The notes under the pieces: model-generated
What the model saw: the letters and a program-made list of their open reading frames with translations, nothing else
Told to the model about the DNA's origin: nothing
Databases searched by the model: none
Shown here: positions 62,841 to 64,000 of the stretch, piece by piece
Layout: every line of letters begins with the position of its first letter
How positions within the stretch are numbered: the stretch's first letter is position 1
Made by a program: the position numbers and the translations under genes
Source: Hyphochytrium catenoides
Lineage: Eukaryota > Protista > Hyphochytriomycota
Assembly (NCBI GenBank): GCA_900088475.1
Contig: FLMG01002540.1
Coordinates: forward strand, 63,814-127,813
Direction: 5' to 3'
Length of the DNA stretch: 64,000 nt

Positions 62841-63545
62841 CTAGCCTGACGGGTTTGTCATAAGCACCGAAATCATAATAAAAGGGAGTGTCGTAGTGAG
62901 GCGGCGACCAATATCCGTGGGAGCCGCAGCGATTGAAGGGTCAATTTGCCGCAACAATTCCACTCTCTTTTGCAGCAGAGGATGCTGGCTACTACTCTCT
63001 ATAGTTATAACCAGAGGAGTCTCACACCCAGCCCATTCCGGCAGCACGAGCGCCCTCACGAGGTCAAGGTTATTCTTTCAGACCATTTCTTGCCATGTAA
63101 GACGTTTGAGGGAGCAACCAAGCAACAACGAGGCTCACAAGGCAGGATATAAGACCTTGGGTCAGCGCGACGCGACGTCGTGACAAAAGATGAGGTGCAG
63201 CAGGGGTATCATGAAATTACCTGCCCTCAGCTTACCCTCGCTCACTACCAGCCGTCTCGGTCATACCTCCTTTTTGAGGGCTATTGCCTCGATGGTATTG
63301 TCCCAGTAATGCAGTCTTCGGTGGGTTCTGTTGCAGCATGTGGCTCTCTCACACTTGGGATACGATGATCAATGGGGCAAGCTGACAGGCATTGTTGACT
63401 GGCAGCCAGTATTATAGGGGTCACAAGATTTATGCCGCATGCAAAGCCTAATCGTATTACCACGCTGGCACTTACACGTGCCTCGTGGACAGATATGACC
63501 ACATTCGTAGTTCTCCTCTTCTCCTTCTTTATCTTCTTGCTTCTA
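62841..63545 (-). pseudogene. Decayed reading frame interrupted only by TGA codons
   Basis: 233 codons between TAG at 63543 and TAG at 62841, with TGA at 63369, 63261, 63162, 63135 and 63078 and no TAA/TAG. Protein-like text ...LTWQEMV*KNNLDLVRALVLPEWAGCETP. Confidence 0.4.
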
Positions 63546-63762
63546 TCAACTCTCTATTTATGAAGTAGTAGTAGGTACCATGAGTCCTTAGGTATAGGGA
63601 CAGTGAGGTTACTAGTTGTAGGTCACTCCACTACTTCCAATGACATCAACAGTGTCACACTATTATTGTTGACCAACTACAACTTCTTACTAGCAAGAAC
63701 CTTGGCTTACTCTGTGCACTCGCTTCCTAGGAACCTTATTTACTCTTCTTACAGGTTCACAT
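63325..63762 (-). repeat. Dispersed diverged repeat, inverted homologue of 7698-8175
   Basis: Reverse complement shares the colinear blocks listed for 7698-8175. Confidence 0.85.
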
Positions 63763-64000
63763 ACGAGATACTCTCTTTCCGCATCTTAACTATTCTAATA
63801 ACTACTTTTATTATCCAGATTTAAGAATTAAAGAAGTACTACAAATCTCTGCACTACCATCCTAGGAATAAACCTACCACTAGTTCTTACGCTTTCTTGA
63901 GGCCGATTACTACTATACTAAGTCTCCTCCGTCTGCTGCCCTCCTCCTCTCCTTCTTCGCCGCACCCTCCGCTGCTGCTATTGGTGCTGCTGTAGATGAT

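Noticed and set aside
1-64000. Alternative genetic code, CRISPR array, rRNA/tRNA genes, operons
   Set aside because: Apparent stops in conserved genes are explained by introns and all three stop codons terminate genes. No repeat-spacer array or structural RNA gene was seen.

Overview
Eukaryotic nuclear DNA with spliceosomal GT-AG introns and the standard genetic code (intact genes end in TAA, TAG or TGA). It is probably from a centriole-bearing protist; the lineage is an inference. The supplied ORF track mostly shows exon fragments, so I assembled genes by hand from splice sites and reading phase, and terminal coordinates are approximate. About 1-50 kb is gene-dense and intron-rich: a Furry/TAO3-like gene (partial), ZNHIT2, augmin HAUS7/AUG7-like, Myb+DIRP LIN9/ALY, an ARM-repeat protein, two hypothetical genes, a PH + beta-trefoil-like + sphingomyelinase C fusion, a Zn-dependent dehydrogenase, ECHDC1, an ABCB10-like half transporter and a ~30-exon CEP135/BLD10 gene. 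About 50.5-64 kb is a different compartment with two long intronless orphan ORFs, decayed gene fragments, a long inverted repeat and a MITE-like motif cluster. Most notable: (i) CEP135 has a duplicated phase-1 exon flanking an ~255-aa extra cassette, so short and long isoforms are both splice-compatible; (ii) a 33-bp tandem duplication of a 3' splice site makes an AG|GT decoy or recursive site; (iii) the multidomain sphingomyelinase; (iv) a near-perfect hairpin formed by a gene-family fragment. All family assignments come from motif recognition, not database searches.
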